64,000 bases of DNA, taken from NCBI GenBank assembly GCA_026416535.1, contig JAOAFA010000087.1:5438-69437 (forward strand). Direction: 5' to 3'. The number at the start of each line of letters is the position of its first letter. Positions within the stretch are counted from its first letter, which is position 1. This DNA is from Deltaproteobacteria bacterium (lineage in GTDB: Bacteria; Myxococcota; SpSt-1050). Under the pieces are notes generated by a model. It was not told where the DNA came from and did no database searches. It saw nothing but the letters and a program-made list of their open reading frames with translations. Positions 49,296 through 58,438 of this stretch are shown here, piece by piece. The translations under genes were made by a program, and so were the position numbers.

Positions 49296-50795
49296 ATGGA
49301 AAGATATAAAATGCTTATAGATGGTGAATTAGTGGAGTCAGAAAGTGGAGAATATAGACCTACCATCAATCCGGCCAATCGCCAGGTAATAGCCATGGTT
49401 CCAGTTGCTACAATCGGTGATACCAGAAAGGCTATCGAGGCCGCAAGAAAGGCATTTGACAGCGGTATATGGAGCCAAATGAGTGTTAAAGAAAGGGCAA
49501 AGATCCTGTATAGGATGGTTGAAAGGATGCAGGAGAGACAAGATGAATTATCAAAAATTGAATCACTGGATTCTGGTGCAACAATAAGAAAAACCTCCAT
49601 GATGGATATACCTATTGGGATAGAGCATTTCAGGTCACTTGTGGAATTGGGAGAAAGGATGCCAACCTACGAACCGCTTCCCTGGATTGATTTTCCATAT
49701 ATAAGTTGGAACTTTGTAAACCGTGAACCCATAGGCGTCTGTGCTGGAATTATACCATGGAATTTCCCTTTTATGATGGCAGTATGGAAGATTGCTCCTG
49801 CATTGATTATGGGGAATACAGTGGTATTGAAACCCGCCTCTGATACACCGCTTACTGCACTTGAAATTGGTAAGATTGCCGTCGAGGTCGGGTTACCAAA
49901 AGGTGTCTTGAATATCGTAACCGGTTTGGGCTCCGTAGTAGGAGAAGAATTATGCAAAAATCCTATGGTGGATAAGATAGCCCTCACAGGTTCAACTGAG
50001 ACAGGAAGACAGATAATGAAACTTGCAGCTGATACTATTAAAAAGGTCACATTAGAATTGGGAGGTAAAAGTCCAACAATAGTATGTCCAGATGCAGACC
50101 TCAGGGTCGCCGTAGATGGCTCGCTTTTTGGTACATTCTTTCATGCAGGCCAGGTATGTGAATCAGGGACAAGATGCTTTGTCCACTCTTCCATATACGA
50201 TGAGTTTATGGAGATGCTTAGAGAAAGAATCACCCATATAAAGGTAGGGGATCCGATGGACTTTGAGACAACCATGGGACCTGTGATATCCGAATCACAA
50301 CACAAAAGGGTCTTAGATTATATCGAAAAAGGCAAAGCCGAAGGAGCAAAACTTGTTTGTGGTGGCAATGTGCCAGAAGATTTAAAAAATGGCTTCTTTA
50401 TCCTTCCAACTGTATTTGAAAATGTGAGCAATGACATGACAATTGCCAGAGAGGAGATTTTTGGACCTGTTCTCTCAGTTATCAAATATGATGAGCTTGA
50501 TGATGCAATAAATATGGCTAATGACTCTATCTATGGACTTGGGGGGGCGGTATTCTCAAGAGATATACCCATGGCTATTCAGATAGCAAAAAGAATCAGG
50601 ACCGGTACAGTATGGATTAACGATTATCATCTAATTAATCCTCTTGCCCCTTTTGGAGGATATAAGCAATCAGGTATAGGCAGGGAGCTTGGTCCCCATG
50701 GATTGCTGGAGTTTACTCAAATCAAACATATACATGTTGATTTATCTATGGATAGGAGCAAAAAATTCTGGTTTGACTACATTTTTAACGACTAG
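49296..50795 (+). CDS. NAD(P)-dependent aldehyde dehydrogenase.
   Basis: 'ELGGKSP', 'FHAGQVCESGTRCFV' (catalytic Cys) and 'GLGGAVFS'. Confidence 0.9.
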   Translation: MERYKMLIDGELVESESGEYRPTINPANRQVIAMVPVATIGDTRKAIEAARKAFDSGIWSQMSVKERAKILYRMVERMQERQDELSKIESLDSGATIRKTSMMDIPIGIEHFRSLVELGERMPTYEPLPWIDFPYISWNFVNREPIGVCAGIIPWNFPFMMAVWKIAPALIMGNTVVLKPASDTPLTALEIGKIAVEVGLPKGVLNIVTGLGSVVGEELCKNPMVDKIALTGSTETGRQIMKLAADTIKKVTLELGGKSPTIVCPDADLRVAVDGSLFGTFFHAGQVCESGTRCFVHSSIYDEFMEMLRERITHIKVGDPMDFETTMGPVISESQHKRVLDYIEKGKAEGAKLVCGGNVPEDLKNGFFILPTVFENVSNDMTIAREEIFGPVLSVIKYDELDDAINMANDSIYGLGGAVFSRDIPMAIQIAKRIRTGTVWINDYHLINPLAPFGGYKQSGIGRELGPHGLLEFTQIKHIHVDLSMDRSKKFWFDYIFND

Positions 50796-51137
50796 ACGAT
50801 AATGATTATTAAAAAGTGTAAATTGCGTGGAAATAAAAATTATAGTTAAATAGACATCGTAAGCCTTTATTATCGAGTGTATTTTTTCCAGTCAGACATA
50901 TTGGGTCTAGATTTTGCTACCCTAAGTGCATTTTCAAACCTAAGATTCATATCTCCAAAGTTTATATCTGATCCCTTCCTTCTCTAACCATCTTATTTAG
51001 TTTATACCTTACATGTCAAACAATATTTGAGATGACTCTACCGTAGAGAAGAGCATCCTGTGCTTCTATGGTAATCCTAAATGTAAAATTTGGTTGTAGA
51101 TAAATGTCAAGAATGATAAGATAATTATTTTTGGAGG

Positions 51138-53135
51138 ATGTATACCATGTATACGAAAAGGATGAGTGTTGTATGTTGTGCCGCTTGCATTTTTACATTT
51201 TTAGTCAATTTATCCGCGCAGGAGTTTGGCGCATTCGGACCTAAAGTCTCATTTTCTGAAAAAACCTCTATGTTTCTTTCAATATATGCAAACAAGGATA
51301 AAGACACGAAAAAGAATGGGTTATACGGTGTGTTCATAGATAGAAGAGGCAATGTCTCACAGCCTTTTCAGATAAGCAAAAATTTTGGGCAAAGCAAGGC
51401 TATCTCTTATCTCAGCTCATCAAACGTGTTTTTATTGGTCTATAGTTATTGTGATTTGGGATGCTTAATAGAAGGACAGATAATCCTACCAGACGGTACC
51501 CTAAAAGGTACTCCTTTTATAATATCTTCGAACAGCTATGGTTTTGGCGAGATCGTGGCAGAGTCTGATGAAAGTAGTAAGAAGTTTCTCATTGTATGGA
51601 AGGACTATAGAAATAGGTCTAATCACCAAGTGTTTGGAAGGCTTATAAATGATGATGGGACCATGCATGGTCCTGAAATACAAATCATAAAAAATGCAAA
51701 TTCAGTCACAGGCTTTGATATTGTCAGAGATAGCATAAACAATAGGTATCTGTTTGTTTATTCAGACGCCGATGTGAATTTATGGAGTATAAACGCACTA
51801 TCTCTAAGGGATAATCTCTCTATTGAGAGGATGAATAAGATAGCTACTTCTAGCGACTTTAATTGTAAAGTTTCAATATCTTTTGATAGTAAGAACAAAT
51901 TGTTCTTTATTGCGTATTCAAATTTTCTCCCCGGGGTTAATTCCTTTAATATAGAGGCATTAGTCTTAGACGAAGATCTAAAGGTTTTATACAATATAGA
52001 TGTCACCACAGGTTCAAACCAGAATAGATTCCCAGATACAGCCTATAATCCTTTCGCAGATGCATTTGTTATTACCTATCATACTAAACGGATAGAAGGG
52101 ACTATCTCGAACATAGCGTTCGCCCTCTATAAAGCTATTGATGGTTCTCTAATAGATACGGGTATAGTAGATAAAACAGGCATGGCTACTCTATTAAACC
52201 CATCTATAGCGGTTAATTCAATTTGTCCAAATGGAGTTATAGTATATGAAAATTACGATGCATCAACATTTACTAACAATTTTGGAGCACATTTCTTGGG
52301 AGAACTCTGTAAATTTCATCTCAGTATATCTAAAAAGGGAGACGGAAGCGGTAAAGTACACTCTGAACCTGCTGGAATAGATTGTGGGGGAATATGCAGT
52401 TACCAATATAAAGATGGCTCTTCGGTAACCTTAATAGCAACTCCTGATGAGAGCTCTACATTTGTGGGTTTTTCTGCTCCACAATGTGGGGATGAAGCTG
52501 TATGTTCGATTAGTATTGATTCTGATAAAAAAATAGATGCGGAGTTTGCCTTAAAAACCTTTCAAATAAAGACCGTGGCTGGAAACGGTGGGCAAATTTT
52601 CCCTGAAAATCCAATTGTTAAGTATGGCTCAGATCAAAAAGTTGATATTATACCCTATGAAGGATATGTAATAGATGAAGTAATAATCGACAATCAGTCC
52701 TATGGTGTAATTGACTCGTATACGTTTACTAATGTAATATCAGATCACACTATATCCGCTACATTCCAGCAGGAGCCCATATATTATGCAATTAATGCAT
52801 CGGCTTCAGAGGGAGGAAATATCAATCCAGCCGGTGAAATTAAGGTAAGATCTGGGGATAGCATAACATTTACTATTACGCCCCTGGAGGGTTATTTCAT
52901 AAACTATGTAGAGGTCGACGGCAATGATGTGGGGGCAATTAATGAATATACTTTCTCAAATGTTGATAATAACCACACAATATATGCCAATTTTAAGAGT
53001 TATCAAAATGAATGGGACTTTGACGGAGGAGTATCCGAGGTGTTAAATGGAAGTGGACAAGCGGATTCAAATGTTATGGTTACAGTTGTAAAAGAAAAAG
53101 AGGGTTCCGGATGCAGTTGTTCGCTAATTGAGTAG
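51138..53135 (+). CDS. Secreted protein with a divergent InlB-B-repeat (Cys-containing) domain followed by two further B-repeat-like domains.
   Basis: 'GDGSGKVHSEPAGIDCGGICSYQYKDGSSVTLIATPDESSTFVGFSAPQCGDEAVCSI' is followed by two ~65-aa repeats ending '…HTISATF' / '…HTIYANF'. The N-terminal ~400 aa are unassigned. Confidence 0.6.
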   Translation: MYTMYTKRMSVVCCAACIFTFLVNLSAQEFGAFGPKVSFSEKTSMFLSIYANKDKDTKKNGLYGVFIDRRGNVSQPFQISKNFGQSKAISYLSSSNVFLLVYSYCDLGCLIEGQIILPDGTLKGTPFIISSNSYGFGEIVAESDESSKKFLIVWKDYRNRSNHQVFGRLINDDGTMHGPEIQIIKNANSVTGFDIVRDSINNRYLFVYSDADVNLWSINALSLRDNLSIERMNKIATSSDFNCKVSISFDSKNKLFFIAYSNFLPGVNSFNIEALVLDEDLKVLYNIDVTTGSNQNRFPDTAYNPFADAFVITYHTKRIEGTISNIAFALYKAIDGSLIDTGIVDKTGMATLLNPSIAVNSICPNGVIVYENYDASTFTNNFGAHFLGELCKFHLSISKKGDGSGKVHSEPAGIDCGGICSYQYKDGSSVTLIATPDESSTFVGFSAPQCGDEAVCSISIDSDKKIDAEFALKTFQIKTVAGNGGQIFPENPIVKYGSDQKVDIIPYEGYVIDEVIIDNQSYGVIDSYTFTNVISDHTISATFQQEPIYYAINASASEGGNINPAGEIKVRSGDSITFTITPLEGYFINYVEVDGNDVGAINEYTFSNVDNNHTIYANFKSYQNEWDFDGGVSEVLNGSGQADSNVMVTVVKEKEGSGCSCSLIE

Positions 53136-53212
53136 ATGGAATTTTATTTCACAAAAGTAATAAAATTTGGTATTATCCAGTTTCGTAAACCTTCTAGATT
53201 AGGGAGGTCAAA

Positions 53213-54256
53213 ATGATCAACAGGTTATTGTTAATTATCTCTTTGTTGATTTTGGTGAACTCAGCTCAGGTGTTGGCATCAGAGATTAAGTCTGAGAGGT
53301 GTGATATTTCATACCTCAAAGGTCTTGCTACTCAAAAAGGCACAAACATTGTTATAAATTTTTATGCATATTGGTGTCCAGCTTGTAGAGAGCTCTATAA
53401 AAAGGTCCTCCCAGCTGAGGGGGTTAAGAATATTCTATCGGAGTATGTATTTGCTAGATGCAACGGAGAAGAGGGAGAGGGAGAAAGACTATTCAATCAA
53501 TACAAAATTACTGCCTTCCCTACACTCTTAATATTAGACCCAAATGGCAAAGAGCTTGATAGAATAGTAGATGACATTGATGAGCAAAAAATAAAAAAGA
53601 CATTAGAACAAATAAAAATGGGGAAGAGCGAAGTAGATGAGCTTGCAAAAAAGGCGGATACAAATCCAAAGGATACAGAGCTTTTATTTAATGTATGTAT
53701 GTCTTATATATTTAGGGCTGATAGAGATAAGGCAAAAAAGTATTGTGAAAAGGTCCTCAAAATTGATCAGAAAAATGAAAAGGGGTATGCCTCTCAAGTA
53801 CTATTATCTCTTGGAAAGTATCTCTATTTTAGAGGATTAAAGGATTATGACCTTGCAGCTGCACATTTAGAACAGGTCCTCAAGCTCTTCCCGGAGTCAA
53901 AAGAGGCAAGGTCGGCTTTCATATTCCTCATCTCCTCATATGTCAGAGGAGGAAAAGAAGGTGTGGCAGTCATGAAATTAAGAGAATTGATAAAGAAGAA
54001 CCCCAATTCGAAAGAGCCTTACAAGACATTCGCATATATTAGCTGGAAAAACAAATGGCGCATAGACCAAGGTATTGAGAATGCAAGAAAGGCAACAGAT
54101 CTTGACCCTTCCGACGATGACGCATGGGATCTCTTAGCAGAACTATATTTTTTAAAAGGGAATAAGGCAGATGCCATTAAGGCCATTGATGAGGCATTAA
54201 AACTGAAACCCTCAGAGGATTACTATAAGGAGCAGAAGGAAAGGTTCTCTAAATAA
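53213..54256 (+). CDS. Secreted thioredoxin-fold protein (CxxC) fused to TPR repeats.
   Basis: 'NFYAYWCPACREL' thioredoxin active site, and a C-terminal half with TPR-like helices. Confidence 0.7.
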   Translation: MINRLLLIISLLILVNSAQVLASEIKSERCDISYLKGLATQKGTNIVINFYAYWCPACRELYKKVLPAEGVKNILSEYVFARCNGEEGEGERLFNQYKITAFPTLLILDPNGKELDRIVDDIDEQKIKKTLEQIKMGKSEVDELAKKADTNPKDTELLFNVCMSYIFRADRDKAKKYCEKVLKIDQKNEKGYASQVLLSLGKYLYFRGLKDYDLAAAHLEQVLKLFPESKEARSAFIFLISSYVRGGKEGVAVMKLRELIKKNPNSKEPYKTFAYISWKNKWRIDQGIENARKATDLDPSDDDAWDLLAELYFLKGNKADAIKAIDEALKLKPSEDYYKEQKERFSK

Positions 54257-54527
54257 ACTAACTTACGGATTTGTATGCCCTCACATCCGATGAATTACAT
54301 AGTGAAGTCTCTCATTTGGAATAGACCCCACTTTATTTATTCCCTCTTCTCTTCAAACACGTATGTTATTCCTAAGGAATCTATTAATTTATATGTTTGC
54401 TCTTGTCGTGTTTTTTCAATGCCCTCATATATATAATAGTAATCTACCAAGGTAATACAATTAGTTAGTTGCATTTTTAGGGTTTTTGTGTTAGTAGATT
54501 CGAACTTTTATTTTATGGAGGATAGTT

Positions 54528-54872
54528 ATGAAGTTATCACCACTTGCGAGAGTTAAGAAGGAATTCGGTTCAAAGGACAAGCTTGTGTCTGAGATTGTAT
54601 CTCTGTTGAAATCACTTAATGCACCATTACCAGATGATATTGAAAAGAGGCTTAAGGCTCAAACTAATCAGAAACTGATAAAACTTTATAATAATGCAAA
54701 GAAGATAAGCGAGATCGGGAAGGATAAGGTAGTAGAGGTAATATTGAAGGCTAAAAGGCCGACCAGTAAAAAGGTTGATGTAGACTACAAAAAGTCATTA
54801 CTTAGTTATCCGATTTCTAAGCTTTATGATATGTATGTTTCAGCAACTAAGTCATTAAAGGGTTTAAAATAA
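54528..54872 (+). CDS. Hypothetical small basic protein.
   Basis: GGAGG ribosome-binding site; Lys-rich; no known motif. Confidence 0.4.
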   Translation: MKLSPLARVKKEFGSKDKLVSEIVSLLKSLNAPLPDDIEKRLKAQTNQKLIKLYNNAKKISEIGKDKVVEVILKAKRPTSKKVDVDYKKSLLSYPISKLYDMYVSATKSLKGLK

Positions 54873-54976
54873 TTTTATAAATTTCACAAGGGCATCTCTT
54901 AGATTCATCGTAAAAATATTGACTTTATTAGATAGTTGGAATATTAGTATTTTTAATTTTTATATAAGAGGTTTTT

Positions 54977-57325
54977 GTGAGAAAACCTATCCCATATGGC
55001 AAATATTTCTTAATAGACCGCATCAATGTAGGCGGTATGGCAGAGGTGTTTAAGGCTAAAGCCTACGGAGTTGAGGGCTTTGAGAAATTGGTTGCCATCA
55101 AGAGGATCCTGCCAAATATTGCTGAAGACGAAGAGTTTATCACAATGTTTATTGATGAGGCTAAGATAGCTGTACAATTGAATCACGCAAATATTGCCCA
55201 AATATTTGATCTTGGTAAGATAGAGGATACCTATTTTATTGCACTGGAGTTTGTATATGGCAAGGATCTGAGAGCGATCTTTGAGAGACTTAGAAAAAGA
55301 GGGGAAATTATGCCAATCCCTGCTGCCTGTTATATAATAATTCAGGTGTGTGAGGGGTTGGATTATGCACACCGTAAAAAGGACTCTATGGGGCGCGACT
55401 TGAATATTGTCCATAGAGATGTGAGTCCTCAGAACATACTTGTATCTTATGAAGGGGATGTTAAAGTAATAGATTTTGGTATTGCTAAGGCAGCCAATAA
55501 GGCCTCGAAGACTCAGGCAGGAATCTTAAAAGGAAAATTCGGTTATATGTCGCCTGAGCAGGTGAGGGGATTGCCCCTTGACAGGAGGTCAGACATTTTT
55601 TCATTGGGTATTATATTTTATGAAATCCTGACGGGGGAGAGATTGTTTGTAGGCGAGAGTGATTTCTCAACACTAGAGAAGGTTCGTAATGTTGAGATTA
55701 TGCCTCCAACAGCTTATAATCGCAATATTCCTGAGTCATTAGAAAAGATAATCTTGAAGGCCCTTGCTAAGGATGCAGATGATAGATACCAGTTTGCATC
55801 TGAGATGGCAGAGGATATACAGAGATTTATGATCTCTCAAGGTATACTGTTCACCAGAAAAGATCTTAGTAATTTTATGAAGACACTCTTTGCAGATGAT
55901 ATTGCGAGGGATAGTGCTCAACAGGAGGAATCTAAAAAGCAAGTCTCGTCACTTCCTCAGACAGTTCAACCAGTGAAGGAGGTTAAAAAGCCTATTTCGA
56001 GGCCCTCAAATCCTGTTCCGCCACCTGTGCCGGGTGAACTGGACAATGTTAAGACTGTTGTCTTTGGAGGAGAGCAAAAACCAATATCACCGCCGCCTCT
56101 TGGGAATGAGATCGGGTTAAAGGCTGAAGATGAGGAGCCGATAGAACTCGCAACAGAAGAAAGTACTAAGCCTGTTGTAAAAGCTCCTCCTAAAATGCAG
56201 TCCCCAATTGCTAAACCCAAGGTGACATCTGAAATAAAAAAACCACAGACTGCAGAGGTTAAACAACAGAGGAGTTTTAATAAGTTAATAGTTTTTTCTG
56301 CTGGGGCTGTGGCTATATTGTTTTTGCTAGTGGTTGTTATCAAGTATTTTTCTAAAGCCGATAAGGAAATTGGAGAGAGTAGCATAGAGATTTTCTATAC
56401 GCCGCCAGACTCTGAAATTTATATAGATGGTATAAAAGTGGGTTCTTCATCTCCTTATAAAAATCCGAAAATTAGTGCAGGTAAACATACTATTGAGATA
56501 AAGAGGAAAGGTTTTATTCCTATTAAGGAGGAGGTTTTTCTTAAAAGTAATCAAAAATTTTCGAATAACTATATTTTGAAGGCGGAGAAGGAGGTGTTTG
56601 GGACAGTAGAGATTGAGACGATTCCGCCAGGTGCGGTAGTTACAATTGACGGTCAAATTAAATCTGGGACTACTCCAATGAATGTTAAGGTTCTTGCTCT
56701 CGTAGACCATAAAATTTTGATTGAAAAGTCGGGATATAAGAGTATAGAGGAGACCTTTACTGTTGATGAAGGTAAGACGATTAAACTGAGTTATGAACTA
56801 AAGCCACCAACTGCAAAATTGATAATAAATTCCACTCCAAAAGGTGCGACCGTATTTATAAATAAGAAAAGGGTGGGTGTAACGCCGTTTACTTCTCAAG
56901 AGATAAAGGTGGGGGAAAAGCTTGATATCGAAATATCGAAGCCCCCATTTGCTCCTGTGAAAAGAACGATTACAATCGAGAAGGAGGGAGAACTTACAAT
57001 TGATGAAGAGCTTAAGAGACAGGAAGGTTCTTCAGAGAAGGTAGAGAAAGCCAGTCCTCTTAAGGAAGAGATTAAGGCGGCAAAAAAGGAGGAAAAGGCA
57101 GCAGTAAGTGGGAATGGATATATTGCGGTTTCAGCATATCCATGGGCGTATTTATTTATAGATGGCAAGGAGCTTGGGATTGCTTCACCTGCCTTAAAGA
57201 GGCACGAGGTCAAGGCAGGTCCACATACTGTGACTTTGAGAAGAAGTGATGGTAAAGAGGCTGTTCATAAAGTGAATGTAAGACCTAATGAAGAAGTGCA
57301 GATAAAAGAGAAATTTGATAAGTAA
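54977..57325 (+). CDS. Hanks-type Ser/Thr protein kinase with a Pro-rich linker, one TM helix and C-terminal PEGA repeats. GTG start.
   Basis: Kinase subdomains 'GGMAEVFKAKA…VAIKRI', 'HRDVSPQNILV', 'DFGIAKA' and 'GYMSPEQ'. A TM helix (IVFSAGAVAILFLLVVVI) is followed by at least three PEGA-like units. Confidence 0.85.
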   Translation: MRKPIPYGKYFLIDRINVGGMAEVFKAKAYGVEGFEKLVAIKRILPNIAEDEEFITMFIDEAKIAVQLNHANIAQIFDLGKIEDTYFIALEFVYGKDLRAIFERLRKRGEIMPIPAACYIIIQVCEGLDYAHRKKDSMGRDLNIVHRDVSPQNILVSYEGDVKVIDFGIAKAANKASKTQAGILKGKFGYMSPEQVRGLPLDRRSDIFSLGIIFYEILTGERLFVGESDFSTLEKVRNVEIMPPTAYNRNIPESLEKIILKALAKDADDRYQFASEMAEDIQRFMISQGILFTRKDLSNFMKTLFADDIARDSAQQEESKKQVSSLPQTVQPVKEVKKPISRPSNPVPPPVPGELDNVKTVVFGGEQKPISPPPLGNEIGLKAEDEEPIELATEESTKPVVKAPPKMQSPIAKPKVTSEIKKPQTAEVKQQRSFNKLIVFSAGAVAILFLLVVVIKYFSKADKEIGESSIEIFYTPPDSEIYIDGIKVGSSSPYKNPKISAGKHTIEIKRKGFIPIKEEVFLKSNQKFSNNYILKAEKEVFGTVEIETIPPGAVVTIDGQIKSGTTPMNVKVLALVDHKILIEKSGYKSIEETFTVDEGKTIKLSYELKPPTAKLIINSTPKGATVFINKKRVGVTPFTSQEIKVGEKLDIEISKPPFAPVKRTITIEKEGELTIDEELKRQEGSSEKVEKASPLKEEIKAAKKEEKAAVSGNGYIAVSAYPWAYLFIDGKELGIASPALKRHEVKAGPHTVTLRRSDGKEAVHKVNVRPNEEVQIKEKFDK

Positions 57326-57387
57326 GTGGATCTCATTTTGGTCATATTTGTTTTATTCTCCTAATGTGAAGAAGAGAGGTTAAACAA

Positions 57388-57591
57388 ATGATAAATAGAT
57401 TCAATGATAATTTGATTTTGATTAAAAATTTGTGTGAGACACTTGTTATTGTTGCAAAAAGGGCGTTTGAGGATGCAAATGATGATAGTTGTAAGGCTAT
57501 TTATTATGACATGCTAAAGGATATTTCCTCATATATTAAGGAGATTGAATCTGAGATAGAAAGCCACAAAAGCAAAGGAAAATGGGAATAA
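57388..57591 (+). CDS. Small hypothetical protein (67 aa).
   Basis: GAGAGG ribosome-binding site; helical; lies between the kinase and dapF. Confidence 0.35.
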   Translation: MINRFNDNLILIKNLCETLVIVAKRAFEDANDDSCKAIYYDMLKDISSYIKEIESEIESHKSKGKWE

Positions 57592-57595
57592 GGAC

Positions 57596-58438
57596 ATGAG
57601 CAAATTCTCTAAAGCTTATAAATATCAAGGTACGGGGAATGATTTTGTTCTTTTTGATTCAATAAGAAGTGAGGCTTTAATTACTCCTAAAGAGGCAATC
57701 TTTTTGTGCAATAGACATTTTGGTGTAGGAGCAGATGGTGTTCTTACCTTATTACCATCTAAAAAGGCGGACTTCTTTATGCACATTTATAATGCAGATG
57801 GCTCAGTTGCTGAGATGTGTGGAAATGGGATTAGATGTGCTGTGAAACATTTTGTTGACTTCTATTTGGGGAGGGGACAAAGGAGAACTATAATCGTGGA
57901 GACTAAAAAGGGGGTCCACACTTGTGAATATTCTGTTGATGATAAAGGAGTCAAGACAGTTATCGTAAATATGGGTGCGCCTATGTTAGAACCACAGAAG
58001 ATACCAATAAAAGCAGAAAGAAATACATTGACTATAAAGAAAGGCAATAGAATTGTAAGAGGGATGGCTTTATCTATGGGGAACCCGCACTTTGTGAGTT
58101 TTGGTGATTTTAATTCAGAAGATGTATATGTATTGGGACCCTTTATTGAGAGACATTCATTGTTTCCACGATTTACAAATGTAGAGCTTGCAAATGTAAA
58201 AGATAAACGAAATGCAGAGGTGTTTGTTTGGGAGAGAGGGGTAGGGGTAACTTTGGCTTGCGGTTCGGGTGCATGCGCCGTAGTTGTGGCGGGTGTAAAA
58301 CAGGGACTCTTAGATGGAGATGTGTTTGTAAAGGTAAGATTGATGGGAGGGGTTCTTAAAATAAAATATGATACGAAGTCGAATGAGGTGATTATGGAAG
58401 GAGAGGTAAAGAGAGTTTTTGGGATCGAATTTCAATGA
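57596..58438 (+). CDS. dapF: Diaminopimelate epimerase.
   Basis: 'YQGTGNDFVLFD' and 'CGNGIRC' / 'GSGACA' catalytic cysteine blocks. Confidence 0.9.
   Translation: MSKFSKAYKYQGTGNDFVLFDSIRSEALITPKEAIFLCNRHFGVGADGVLTLLPSKKADFFMHIYNADGSVAEMCGNGIRCAVKHFVDFYLGRGQRRTIIVETKKGVHTCEYSVDDKGVKTVIVNMGAPMLEPQKIPIKAERNTLTIKKGNRIVRGMALSMGNPHFVSFGDFNSEDVYVLGPFIERHSLFPRFTNVELANVKDKRNAEVFVWERGVGVTLACGSGACAVVVAGVKQGLLDGDVFVKVRLMGGVLKIKYDTKSNEVIMEGEVKRVFGIEFQ

Noticed and set aside
55966-56385. 139-aa minus-strand ORF.
   Set aside because: It is antisense to the Pro-rich linker and TM region of the Ser/Thr kinase. No ribosome-binding site is present and the composition is biased.
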